Source: Paraspadella gotoi
Taxonomy: Eukaryota > Animalia > Chaetognatha
Direction: 5' to 3'
Assembly: GCA_051294375.1 (NCBI GenBank)
Contig: CM119264.1
Coordinates: forward strand, 14,472,682 to 14,536,681
DNA: 64,000 nt
The notes beneath the pieces are model-generated. The model had not been told where the DNA came from. It was given only the letters and a program-made list of their open reading frames with translations, and did not search any database. Position 1 is the stretch's first letter. Each line of letters starts with the position of its first letter. The position numbers were made by a program, and so were the translations under genes. Of the stretch, positions 48,711 to 61,416 are shown piece by piece.

Positions 48711-51700
48711 CGAGGGGAGAGAGAGAGTAGAGAGAGGGAGAGAGAAGAGAAAGGACGGCAGAAATATGTCATAAAAAATCAACTTTAAATGCGCTTATGT
48801 CCCGTCGATCGAATGCTTGACGATTTTGAAGAAGACAAATTTTAGGGAATAACTCTTTAAGTTTAACTGATGGAAAAAAAAATGACTTTCTTTATTTTTA
48901 AATTTTTTTTTCTTCTCAGGTTTAAGCGTCAGAAGCGAAAAGAAGTTACGACTCGAGAGGCTGTGGCGGACCATAACATAGGCGACGACGACGACGACGA
49001 TGAGAGCAACGACGACAAGGGTTGGCGTCGTGAGGCGCGACGATGGACCAAACGACGACTTTCTCAGAGACGACGCGTAAGACTGAGACGAAAAACGGTC
49101 GCCCTGAACGCCGAAGACGACGACAACGACGACGAGGACGACAACGACGACGACGAGGATAACGACCGGGACGGGCAGAACGTCTACAACGATGGCGACG
49201 AGAACTACGACTCTAAATACGTGACGCAGCGAGGGAAACAACGACGAAGTGAAGAAAAAAGGAGAGGATAACGAAAATAAATCTGAAGATAAGAACGACG
49301 ACGACGAGGTCAACATTGAATGACCAACACGTTAAAACATTTATTTTGCTTTCGAGAGAGTAAAACTGATAAACGGACAGTCAATTTTAACTTCGATACA
49401 GAAACTCCTACGGTCAACTACAGACAGACCAACGGGCGTACGGACAGACTGACTGGACTCTTTGCACGCATCTGACCTCCGATCTCTTCATCTCAAAGCA
49501 AAAGTTTGAAAGAGAAAATGGGGCGACTCAACTGAAAAGGGCCGCCCGGCCGCCCGGCCGCCGCCGCCGCCGCCGCTACCGACGCCGCCGCCGCCGCCGC
49601 AAGACCGGTGATGTCGGCTGCGGCGACGAAAAGCACGAAGACCGAATTCATAATTCGATTCAATCGAGAATCTTGAGTCTTTTCGACCTCAAAAGGATTT
49701 TGNNNNNNNNNNNNNNNNNNNNNNNNNGACTGTAGAGAGTCTTGATTGAAAGCTGCCAGAATCCTGCTATGTTATTATCTGTAAGTGTGGATGGAGGCCC
49801 TTAAACCACCAAAAGGCCTGTCCCAAAAGTCAGGAACAAGATAGCTTATTTATTAAATGAATGGATAATTTTTTATATTGGTTGTAACCATTTTCATAAG
49901 CCGAAAAAATATTTAACTATTATTGGGAAGAGGAGGTTATCAATAAAATAACCAATATATTTCAAAAATAATTTACAATTTTATAACTCTAAAATGACTT
50001 TTTCATATCCTATATTTTTAAAAACAACTTTGAGAAAAGAAATAAATAATTGTTCTATGAGCAAAATTAACCTATTGCTTTATAAATTTTCTGCAAAAAT
50101 CCTTTGAAGGTCGAATATAGACTCAGAATTCTCGATTGAATTTTTTTCTTTCGAATTATGAATTCGGTCTTGTGCTTTTCCGTCGTCGCAGCCCGACATC
50201 ACCGGTCTTGCGTGCGGGCGCGGCGGCCGTCGGTAGCCGGCGGGCGGCGGCGGCGGCGACGGCGGCCGCCGGCGGCCCTTTTCAGTTGAGTCGCCCATTT
50301 TCTCTTTCAAACTTTTGCTTTGGAGATGTAAGAGATCGAGGTCAGATGCGTGCAAAGAGCCATCAGTCTGTCCGTACGCCGTTGGTCTGTCTGTAGTGTG
50401 GAGCGCGGTAGGATGTCTTCTGCTATCGACATGTCTCATATGCAGTTTATATTACTCTCTCGAAAGCAATACTAGACATGTTTTTTACGTGTTGGTCATT
50501 TAACTGTTGACACACGTCGTGTCGGGTTGTTATCTTCCAGATTATATTTTCGTTATTATCTTTTTTTCTTGGCGACTTCGTCGTTTGATCTTCCCTCGCT
50601 TGCGCGTCACGTATTTAGAGTCGTAGTTCTCGTCGCCATCGTTGTAGACGTTCTGCCCGTCCGTCGTTATCCTCGTCGTCGTCGTTGTCGTCCTCGTCGT
50701 CGTCGTCGTTTCGTCGTCTTCGGGCGTTCAGGAGCGACCGTTTTTCGTCTCAGTCTTTACCCGACGTCGTTCTCTGACGAAACGTCGTCGTTTGTCCATC
50801 GTCGTCGCCTCACGACGGCCAACCCTTCGGTCGTTGCTCTCAATCGTCGTCGTCGTCGTCGCCTATGTTATGGTCCCGCCACAGCCTCTCCAGAGTCGTA
50901 TCATTCTTTTTGCTTCATGACAGCTTTAAACCTGAGAAGAAAAAAAAAGTTTAAAAATAAAGAAAGTCATTTATTTTTTTTCTGCATCAGTTAAACTTAA
51001 AAGAGTTTATTCCCATAAAATTTGTTCTTCTTCAAAATCGTCAAGCATTCGACACAAACGGGACATAATCTTAAAGTGATTTTTTATGACATATTTCTGC
51101 GTCCTTTCTCTTTCTTCCCTCAGCTCTCTCTCTCCTCTCTCTCGGTCTTTCTCGTCTCTCTCCTCCTCTCTCTCTCTCTTCTCTTTCCTTCCTCTCTCTC
51201 TCTTCTCTTCTCTTCCTCTCCCTATTTGTCTTTCTATCTGTCTCTCTCTCACTCTCCTCTGTGTTTTTCTCGTGGTACAATGGCCTATTTAGTGAGGAGG
51301 TTGATTAGAGTGAGTTACCGCCGTCCGCCGAGCTCATATACACCTGGCGCCATCTTCCAGCGCCGATGACGCCATAGCTTGCTGGGTATCATCCAGGCCG
51401 CCAGGCCCTAGCCTCTCGGCGCGCATCCGATGACGACGACGGCGGGAGAAACACAATCAGCATAATCAGAGCGAATCGTCTCCTAGGATGTTGACGAGAG
51501 AAAAATAGAAAAGAAAATAGAAAAGTAGAAGGGACAAAGGTGGGAAAGGAGCCTGGAGGACTCGAAGAGACTGAGTACAAGTCAAGTCAAGTCAAGTCAA
51601 GTCAAGTCAAAGTCAGTAAGTCAGCAAGTCAAGTCAAGTCAAGTCAAGTCCTAAGCAAGTCAAGTAAAGTCAAAGTTCAAAGTTATTTATTCACTCCCAG

Positions 51701-53369
51701 TAAAAAAATAAAAATATATATAGTATATATATATAAATAATTATATAGCAACGGGGAGACATGTGTGATGGTCGGGGTGTGAGNNNNNNNNNNNNNNNNN
51801 NNNNNNNNGTCAACACTCAGCTAAGTACTCGTTCACCAACCGTGGATTTAGTACCCTCACGGTCACGCTGGTTAAGTGTGATGGTGTCGGCAATAAACAC
51901 GCCAGTGACATGGGATGGTCACTGAAGGTCCAAAGCCCTGAGCGCGCAGCTGTCGGGAGATGCCTCACACCCCGACCATCACACATTGTCTCCCCGTTGC
52001 TTATATACTTATATATTATTTATATATATAATATATATATTATATATTTTTTATTTTTTTACTGGGAGTGAATAAATAAGACTGTGAGAGAGTCTTGATT
52101 GAAAGCTTGCCAGAATCCTGCTATTGTTATTATCTTGTAAGTGTGATGGAGGCCTTAAACCACCAAAGCCTGTCCAAATCAGGAACAAGATAGCTTATTT
52201 ATTAAATGAATGGATAATTTTTATATTGGTTGTACCAATTTCATAAGCCTAAAAATATTTAACTATTATTGGGAAGAGGAGGTTATCAATAAAAATAACT
52301 CAATATATTTCAAAAATAATTTACAATTTTATAAATCTTAAAATGACTTTTTCATATCCAATTTTAAAAACAACTTTAGAAAAGAAATAAAGTATTGTTC
52401 ATGAGAAAATTAACCTAGCTTTAAAATTTTCTCAAAAATCCTTTTGAGGTCGAAAAGACTCAGAATTCTCGATGGAATCGAATTATGAATTCGGTCTTCG
52501 TGCTTTTCGTCGCCGCAGCCGACATCACCGGTCTTGCGGCGGCGGCGGCGGCGTCGGTAGCGGCGGGCGGCGGCGGCGGCGACGCGCGGCCGGGCGGCCC
52601 TTTCAGTTGAGTCGCCCATTTTCTCTTTCAAACTTTTGCTTTGAGATGAAGAGATCGAGGTCAGATGCGTGCAAAGAGTCCAGTCAGTCTGTCCGTACGC
52701 CGTTGGTCTGTCTGTAGTTGACCGTAGGAGTTTCTGCTAATCGACTGTCCGTTATCAGTTTTTTACTCTCTCGAAACAAATAAATGTTTTTTGTTTGTCA
52801 TTCAAGTTGACACGTCGTCGTCGTTTTTATCTTCAGATTTATTTTCGTTATCCTTTTTTTCTTCACTTCGTCGTTGTTTCCCTCGCTGCGGTCACGTATT
52901 TAGAGTCGTAGTTCTCGTCGCCATCGTTGTAGAGTTCTGCCCCGTCCGGTCGTTATCCTCGTCGTCGTCGTGTCGTCTCGTCGTCGTCGTCGTCGTCGTC
53001 TTCGGCGTTCAGGGGCGACCGTTTTTCGTCTCAGTCTTACGCGTCGTCTCTGAAAAGTCGTCGTTTGTTCCATCGTCGTCGCCTCACGACGCCAACCCTG
53101 TCGTCGTTGCTCTCATCGTCGTCGTCGTCGTCGCCTATGTTATGGTCCGCCACAGCCTCTCCGAGTCGTACTTCTTTTTCGCTTCTGACAGCTTAAACCT
53201 GAGAAGAAAAAAAAATTAAAAATAAAGAAAGTCATTTTTTTTTCTGCATCAGTTAAACTTAAAAGAGTTTATCCCTAAAATTTGTCTTCTTAAAATCGTC
53301 AAGCATTCGATCACGACATAAGCGGGCATCTTTAAAGTGATTTTTTATGACATATTCTGCGTCTTCTCT

Positions 53370-53438
<69 letters not shown>

Positions 53439-53940
53439 TCTCTTCCTCTCTCTCTCTTCCTCTCTCTCTCTTTCCTCTCCCCTCTCTGTCTTTCTATCTG
53501 TCTTTCTCTCACCTCTCCTTGTTTTTTCTCGTGGGTACAGGCTAATTTAGTGGGAGGTTGATTAGAGTGGTTACCGCCGTCCGCCGAGCTCATACACCTG
53601 GCGCCATCTTCCAAGCGCCGATGACGCCATAGCGCTGGTGTCATCATCCAGGCGCCAGGCCCAGCCTCTCGGCGCGCATCCGATGACGACGACGGCGGGA
53701 GAAACACAATCAGCATAATCAGGAGCGAATCGTCTCCTAGGATGTTGACGAGGAGAAAAGAAAAAAGAAAATTAGAAAAGAGAAAGGGACAAAGGTGGAA
53801 AGGAGCCTGGAGGACTCGAAGAGACTGAGTAACAAGTCAAGTCAAAGTCAAGTCAAGTCAAGTCAAGTCAAGTCAGTCAAGTCAAGTCAAGTCAAGTCAA
53901 GTCCAGTCAAGTCAAGTCGAAAGTCAAAGTTCAAAGCAAG
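47890..53940. repeat. Three copies of a ~1.5-kb block: 47890-49702 (+), and inverted at 50090-51680 and 52430-53940; bounded by (GACTT)n
   Basis: 49728-51680 and 52080-53940 are direct copies beside the 25-N gaps at 49703 and 51784. Both are reverse complements of the first block. An extra short inversion pairs 51683-51783 with 51964-52079. Confidence 0.85.
52800..53736 (-). CDS. Candidate exons (53736-53575 and an acidic exon from 53198), frameshifted differently in each copy
   Basis: Acceptors catcctag and ttcttctcag and donor gtaacc are conserved in the copies. Asp/Glu/Arg-rich translation (DDNDDEDDNDDDEDNDRDGQNVYNDGDENYDSKY). Frame not resolvable. Confidence 0.3.
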
Positions 53941-55214
53941 CTATACGGGAGGCAAATTTAGGATTGGCCACAATATATTATTAAATATTTTAAAATCTAA
54001 ACCTTAAAATAGTAATTTGAAATTTTCATAATATCGAGTTGGTTTAAATTAAAACTATAGCATAGAAAGTAAAACTATTTAATATTTAGTACTATTTTGT
54101 AAAAAAATATTATAAAAAAATTAAATTTAAATTAAAAAAAAACAACTTTCATTAAACAGAATTTCGTACTGAAGTAAAAGAATGATATTTTTTAATTTTG
54201 TACGTTTTAAAAATGGGTTATATTAATATTTTCTTTTGAGGGTTGTCTAGGAAACCGTGAAGTATTTGAACCCGCAATCTTTTTCGTCATGATAAGACGA
54301 ATGAAAAAACCACAACACACGACGACGACGACAACGACGACGATGACGACGACGACGACGACGACGTCAGAAAAAAACATAGAAGGTAATGGAAGATCTT
54401 GAGCTCAGGATGAATTGGTAATGAAATCACGTTGCATTAGAAATAAATGAATAGATAAATAAATAAAGGAAAAGAAATGGAAGAATAAATGAAAGAAAAA
54501 CAAACCGTTATTAATAAAGAGATATGACAGATGATGGGAAATGTAAAATGGATAGAAAGAAAGAAGGAGAAAAAGAAGAAAGAAAGAAAGAAACAAAGAA
54601 ACAAAGACACAAAGAAACCAAAAAAGAAAAGAAAGAAACTTCGCAGCCCCCCCAAAAAAAAAGAAATAACCAATCAAAACGCGAAATAATCCAGAAAATG
54701 AAAAAAAGAAAAGTAGAAAGTAGAAAGAAACTTTCAAGTCAATTTCACGTTTTTCACTTTCGGGTGACTTTCTCGGGAAATTCTAAAACGCTTTTCTAAA
54801 TTCTGGTTTTGGAAAGGAGACCTTGTGAGTTGAAGTCTTTTAAAAAGACGCAAACTTTAACTTCAAGTTTAACTGATGTCGTTTATAAAAAAAAAAGTGT
54901 GTAACTTCTGTAACTCGGTCAGTTTGACGCTAAATGAAAATGAAATATATTTTACTTAACTCATTCTACAAAGAGTACAATTTTTTTTATTTGCATTACC
55001 TTATCTTTCCTACGATTGTCAATTAATCAACAAAAACAAAAATTCATCCTCACTCTAAATCGTCATCTCTTGGAAAAAGCCAACGCCTCACTTTTTTCTT
55101 TTCTTTCTTTTCCTCTTTTCTCTTGGAAAATTAATATCTTTTCCTTTGGCGGAAGGGACTTAGGGTTTCAACCCAATTAGTTTTCTCACTTGTGGAGGGA
55201 GGGAGAAAGGCAGT

Positions 55215-55263
<49 letters not shown>

Positions 55264-55557
55264 CAGCTAAATGTAATGTAAAGAAATGTATTTTATTGTA
55301 GTAAATACGTTACTGTGGACACCTGGCAATCTTTCGGCTAAACTTATAAACTTTTGCCTCTAAAAATACAAAGTAAAAAATCTTTAAACAAGAACGGTGA
55401 ATTCAATATGTTCCGTCACAGGGACTTTATTTTCACGTGTATTTCCCTTTGACTACATGATATGACGTGATATGACATGATTAAAAAACTTTTAGCCCTT
55501 TTATTTATGACAACCAAACTATGGCAACCAACTATAGGCATTTTTAACGTAAGTGGG

Positions 55558-55664
55558 ACTGACCGATGGACAGACATACCGACCGACAGAACGACCGAAC
55601 GACCGACCGACCGAAAAGTAAGTTATAGAGTTGCTTCGTGAGTACTCGCGGCGCAACTAAAAAG
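55558..55664 (+). mobile_element. HINE/DINE-1-like 3' end: (GACC/GACA)n plus terminal palindrome
   Basis: Microsatellite, then AGTTGCTTCGTGAGT-ACTCGCGGCGCAACT (imperfect 30-bp palindrome), then AAAAAG. Confidence 0.55.
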
Positions 55665-55974
55665 GCAGAGTACCAATCGGAGAAAGATCAGCCAGAAAGA
55701 AAGTCTGAAATTTTCTGTTAGCACTTCATTTGTTTCCCAAAAACTTTAACTTTTTCCTCCCAGTGCGCCATCGCCGACGACAACCAAAGAGACGACGACG
55801 ACAACGACGACGACGACGACGACCTAGACAACGGCGACGATGGCGATGGCGATGTCAAACGAGGAACCTAATTTTCAGTTTCCAGTTCCTAACTAAAAAG
55901 AAATGAACAAAAGGGATTTTAACGAGTCGCCAAAATAAGAGCTCTCTCTCTCTTCTCTTCTCTCTCTCTTCTCG

Positions 55975-56034
<60 letters not shown>

Positions 56035-56247
56035 GGCCTTTCTGTTTTGTTTACCGTTAATGCGAATCGATAGCGTTGAATTTCACTTTTGTTTATGCGT
56101 CTTTTGTTCCCATTATGCGTTGTTTCGACCGTGATTTTCTGCGCCACCGTCGTTGCGGGGAGGAATCATAAAAAAGAAAACGCGATAACTTGACAGAAGA
56201 AGAAAGAAGAACAAAGAGAGAGAGAGAGAGAGTGAGAGAGAGAGAGA

Positions 56248-56309
<62 letters not shown>

Positions 56310-56377
56310 CGAGAGAGAGAGAGCGCGACTGAGCCGTGGGGACATTAATAAAAGCGGATTTCATTTCGCGATGGATG

Positions 56378-56415
<38 letters not shown>

Positions 56416-56977
56416 ATCCCCGGGAAAAAGTTTATTTGAGTTTTTTTGATTCATCGCCCGATAACCGACGGCGGTTGCAATGAGTTACTTTCCCTTGGTC
56501 GGTCCGTCTGTCCGCCATTTTTATGTTATTCTCCGAATGAAAATACTTTCTTGTAATTGAGGCTATTAACGTTCAATTGAATTAAAAATACTGCGTAAAC
56601 GTTTAGCGAGTCGACGCCGCAGTCGCTGCACCATATTGCAATTCCACATCCGCGTTGAGTTTTAATCCGGATTTTGATGTTTCTCTGCCGGCGAAATGTT
56701 TGCGGCCGATAACGACGACGACGGCGATAAAGATGACGACTCGCGTCTATAACGACGCGAATAACAATCGCGTTACCGACGACGTTTATCACCTCGACGA
56801 CGATAGCGACGACGACGCCGCCACCTCTCGGTTAAAAAAAAAAAAGAATCAAAATTAAACTATTATGAAATATATTGAAAGATTTAATGCGGAAATTATG
56901 CTAATGCGATTGGGAACGTGGAAAAGTGTGGAACTGAAAATTACTTCTGAGAATTATTTTGTCTCTTGTAAGATGGC

Positions 56978-57033
<56 letters not shown>

Positions 57034-57401
57034 TTTGAGGCCGCAATCAAAACACAAACACAAATGTTTCAATTGTTAAAATACTAAAATATTTATAAAA
57101 TTATCACTAAGGTTCGCCCTAACATTGTATACTAGTAACGTATTGTACGTTTTTTTTCTTTGATAATCCGCAACGTTGAAAGAGAAATATCTGGTATTTC
57201 TTTTTATTCTTTTATTTTTCTCCTCTTAACCTTTTTTGAGGCCTCCCTCTCTTCTCTAATCCCTTCAGTCTTATCTTTCAGGCGCTTACCTGACATTTTG
57301 GCATTTTCAGCATTTTCCTGCTCCGGCCTTCTTTACTCGCTCGCTTTTTCTTTTTTAGCTCACTCACGAGTTCTGTCGCTATAATTCCTCCCCTTACTTG
57401 C

Positions 57402-57531
<130 letters not shown>

Positions 57532-58535
57532 ACTTTCTTTTTCGCTCTCACGCTCACTCAAACTCTCTTCTTTCCAACTCCTCGTTTTCAATTTCCTTTC
57601 CACACGTTATATGTTTCTTCTCGCAGCTTTCCTTTCCTTTAATCCACGTATTTCCTGTCTTCTCTTTTCTTGTAAATTCTTTTACTTTCATTTCTTCCCT
57701 TCTTTCGCACCTTTCTTTTCCTTTATTCTCCTTCCTTTTTTCTCTTTTCTTGCAACTGCTTCAACTTTTCCCCCTCTTTCTTAATCCGTCTCCTCTACTC
57801 GTCCTCTTTTCTCTATTTTTGATCCGATTTGAATTTCATTCCTCCTTTGGTCACTCTTTTCTGTTTTTTTTCTTATCAGGTGTCTGATTCGTTTTGCTCT
57901 GTTCCCTCTTTCATTTCTTTTTCTTAACTTTCCTTTTATCGGTCTTTCGCTTAATCTTTCTCTCTTATTTGATTTACTCTTCTCCTTCTACTTATCTCTC
58001 CTCCTTGCAAAGATCTGACTTTTTTCTTAATATACTTCAGTGTTTTCTTTATCTTCTCCATTACAGCTACCAGACAGTGTTATTCTGTCCTCCCATCCTT
58101 AACGCTATTTAAACGAATGGCTCTCTCCTTTCCAAGTTTCTCTATCTTCTTCCAGCCTTTCCTCCCATTTCTCCCAGTAATTCTTCCCTCCTTTCATCCC
58201 ATCTCTAAGTACTTCCTTTCCTCATCGGGTCCATCTCTTTCCTCCTTTTTTCCTACTTTCCTTCGATCTCTTTTTTTTTTCTCACATCTATTCTTGCCTT
58301 CCTTTCCTCTAGTCCCTTCTTTCCTCATTTTCATCATCTCTTCTTTCACCCATCTTTTTCCCATATCTTCTTTCCTCGTTTCCTCCATCTCTTCCTTCCT
58401 CCCATATCTTCTTTCTTTCCTTTCTTCCCATCTCTTCTTTCCATCTCATCCCCCCGACGCCGCTGAATCTCCTGATGCCGAATTCCCTCATCAATTTCCG
58501 CCTCTTCACAATGGCCCCCAATTTTCTTGTTGGCC

Positions 58536-58608
<73 letters not shown>

Positions 58609-60224
58609 TTCCCAGCGTCTCCTTGTAAACGGTTCTGCTTTTCCCGCCACGATATCGCGCGTGGCAAAGGCGCTCCGTTGTCAAGGATACTTTTCCAACT
58701 AATATCTCGACGCGGTCAAGACCGAGACGTCGGACGCGTACCATTCGTCTGCGCGAAATTTCATGTGATTGAGGTTATTTATTTATAATTTTGATTATTC
58801 ATATCATTTAAATTAAATCTCCAACCGTATAATTTTACTGACATGTAAATCCAAAAACTCTAAATCAATCTATTCCAAGTTTTAAAAATATTCATTATTT
58901 AGGAACGGCGTTAACGACGTTTTGCTTTGTTGAGCGTAACCAGGTTACGCGTCGTTCGTTACGCCTTCGGTTCTTCCCTCCCTTACCTCCCAACCGTCAT
59001 TTTACTCGGCGGTGCTCCGGCTAAGTTAGACATCGTTGTGGCAGAGACAACGGGGAATACAAGCCTTTGCCTTTTTAGTGACGGATGGTGACAGGAGAAA
59101 TCACATGCGTCCGACTATCCTACTCCACCACCAGCCGTAGCCGCGTGAGACAATGTTGTTTCTTCCGTGAGCCACAGTTTCGCCTGAGTTGTGACGTTGT
59201 ATCCCCGCGTAAATCCGAAGTTACGGCGTTGTGCTCAGGCGTTACTTTTTTTCCGTTGCAGGACAACAAACTCGGGCCTGAAAAAAAAAACTGATGTGTT
59301 TGCATAAATTATCCACCGTCAACGAAATATGCAATCTCGAGGATAAAAATACGTCGACGAGCGTTGAAATGGCCAAGGCAGTAAATAGTCGCTAAGTGTC
59401 TCGTTATATGTCAAAACTTTAAGTCTTCCCTTTTTAATCATGGTTACGGCAGAGCGTTAGGTTACATTTTTCGGTCGATTTGAATTCAGGTCTAATTAAC
59501 ATATAAAAATCTGGCAAAGTGCAAATTGTGGGATGCAGAGACGAAAGATACACTGTAGTTTTCGCAACAAGACTTAATCATTTTTTGTTTCAGTCTTTTA
59601 TCAATATAAAAGAAATTGATGTTTATAGACCACAGCAACGACAAGATTACAAATTTTAAAAAACAAATCATTTCAATTCGATTTTTTTCTGACAAATCTG
59701 TCACGAAGTATTTTTATTTTTCCAATAGTTCCCATATCTCTGACTATTGGTCGTGACATTTCAGAACAGTTGCCTTGGGGTAAGAATTATTTTCCGATTT
59801 TCATGAGCAAAAATCTCGCGTAACTTTTAAAGCCTCGATGCCTTTCCACTCGCCACAGATAAGTCCATCGAGAGCGAGCAGACGAACTCCATTTTCCGCT
59901 CAGAAACATTGAGACTGAAATCCGTTTTAATCGTCTCTGGGTCTCACTCGTAGTAGTCGTCGTCGTCGCCTTTCGTAGTGGCCGCCATCTTTCCACGACG
60001 TCACCGCCATAAATTTTGATGCGTTCGCGTCACGTGACTCTTTCCCTCGTAGCCACGGTCGACACAATTTCTCTCCGTTCGTTTCGTTTGTGTTTGTTTG
60101 TTTCATTTTTATGTTTAACGTTTTCTATAGTGTTAAATCGATAAATTTGTTTGTTTGCACAAAGATGGACTAAAATCCACCAACTGTTCATCAGCGGCCA
60201 TTGCTGCCGGAGGCAAGTCATTCT

Positions 60225-60345
60225 CCTCCCAAGTCCCAACCCAATGGTCCGGGGTTCTAGCCCGGTGGTCTCCCAACAGTTAAGAGGGACGGGGCGCTTA
60301 ACTCGCCTGTAACACGGTGTTACAGCTTGATCCGAAGCTCAGGGA
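60225..60345 (+). mobile_element. Possible tRNA-derived SINE fragment
   Basis: ggtccggGGTTCTAGCCCgg resembles a T-arm/B-box (GGTTCGANNCC). No A-box or cloverleaf. Followed by the palindrome CTGTAACAC-G-GTGTTACAG. Confidence 0.25.
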
Positions 60346-61357
60346 CTGCTTATATTGAACGGTTCTGTCACTTACACATAACAATTATTACTGTCTCTTC
60401 CTTTTTACCTTCCTGTCCATTTCATTTCTCGGAAATTAAAAAAAAAGGGCTTTTGAGACCGAACTCGCGATCTCGCCATTACAAGTTGGACGCCAAAACT
60501 CATTGCCATCTAGTGTTTGACATTAATCTTCGTTAATTTAAATAACTGAGGTATATCTATAGAGAGAAAAAATTTTAAAAAATAAATAAAATAAATAAAT
60601 AAAAAATAAAAATAAAAATTAATACTCTTAGCTAGCAGAAAGGGATAATCTAGTCGCGTATTTAGTAAAAGATGTAGGTAGTAATACAGACAATAAGGTT
60701 AAGCGATTTTTTAAATTATTTATTTGATTATTCGTTTAAGCTAATTGAGTTACGTAGTCGCTTTGAGCCGTTCTGAGCCTTATTCATTATTTACGTCCTC
60801 TCCTCTGGTTCTCGGTTAAAATGCTAATTTGCATTTTCTTTTTTTTACTTACGATAGTCAACATATGGTATGGATATTTTTTTTTATTTATTTTATTCTT
60901 AATCCCCTTTTTTTTTTTTTTTTGCTGTTTCATTAGTTAATCAAAGACCTGTCCCGTGACTGGCAAGCTCACTGATTAGTCTTAGTATGGAGCAATACAA
61001 AATTCGGAAAGCTTCTTTGTCCATTCCTTTTCTTGTTTATACTTATATTTAACACAAGTAATGTAAAAATTTACTGAAATCATTTTTGTTAAATATATTC
61101 TTCTTTTCGTTAAAGTTCGATCGGCGATTTAATAAACACAAAACTTTGAAAGGGTTTTTGTCTTATCTTCCTTCCTTCCAAGCTCCGCTATTCATTTTTC
61201 CTCTTTTCCCAGGCGCTGACCGGGACCCGCGTGCGTTTTCATTGCTAGCAAACGTGCACGCATTTCGTGCGAGCGTGCACGCATTGTTGTTAAAGGCGAG
61301 AACGTTCACAGGAGGCGGGACTCGAAAGGAGAATGACGTTGCGATAGACACTGAGTC

Positions 61358-61416
<59 letters not shown>

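Noticed and set aside
59990-60070. Kringle-like CVDRGYEGKSHVTRT
   Set aside because: It lacks the remaining cysteines and hits a stop codon.
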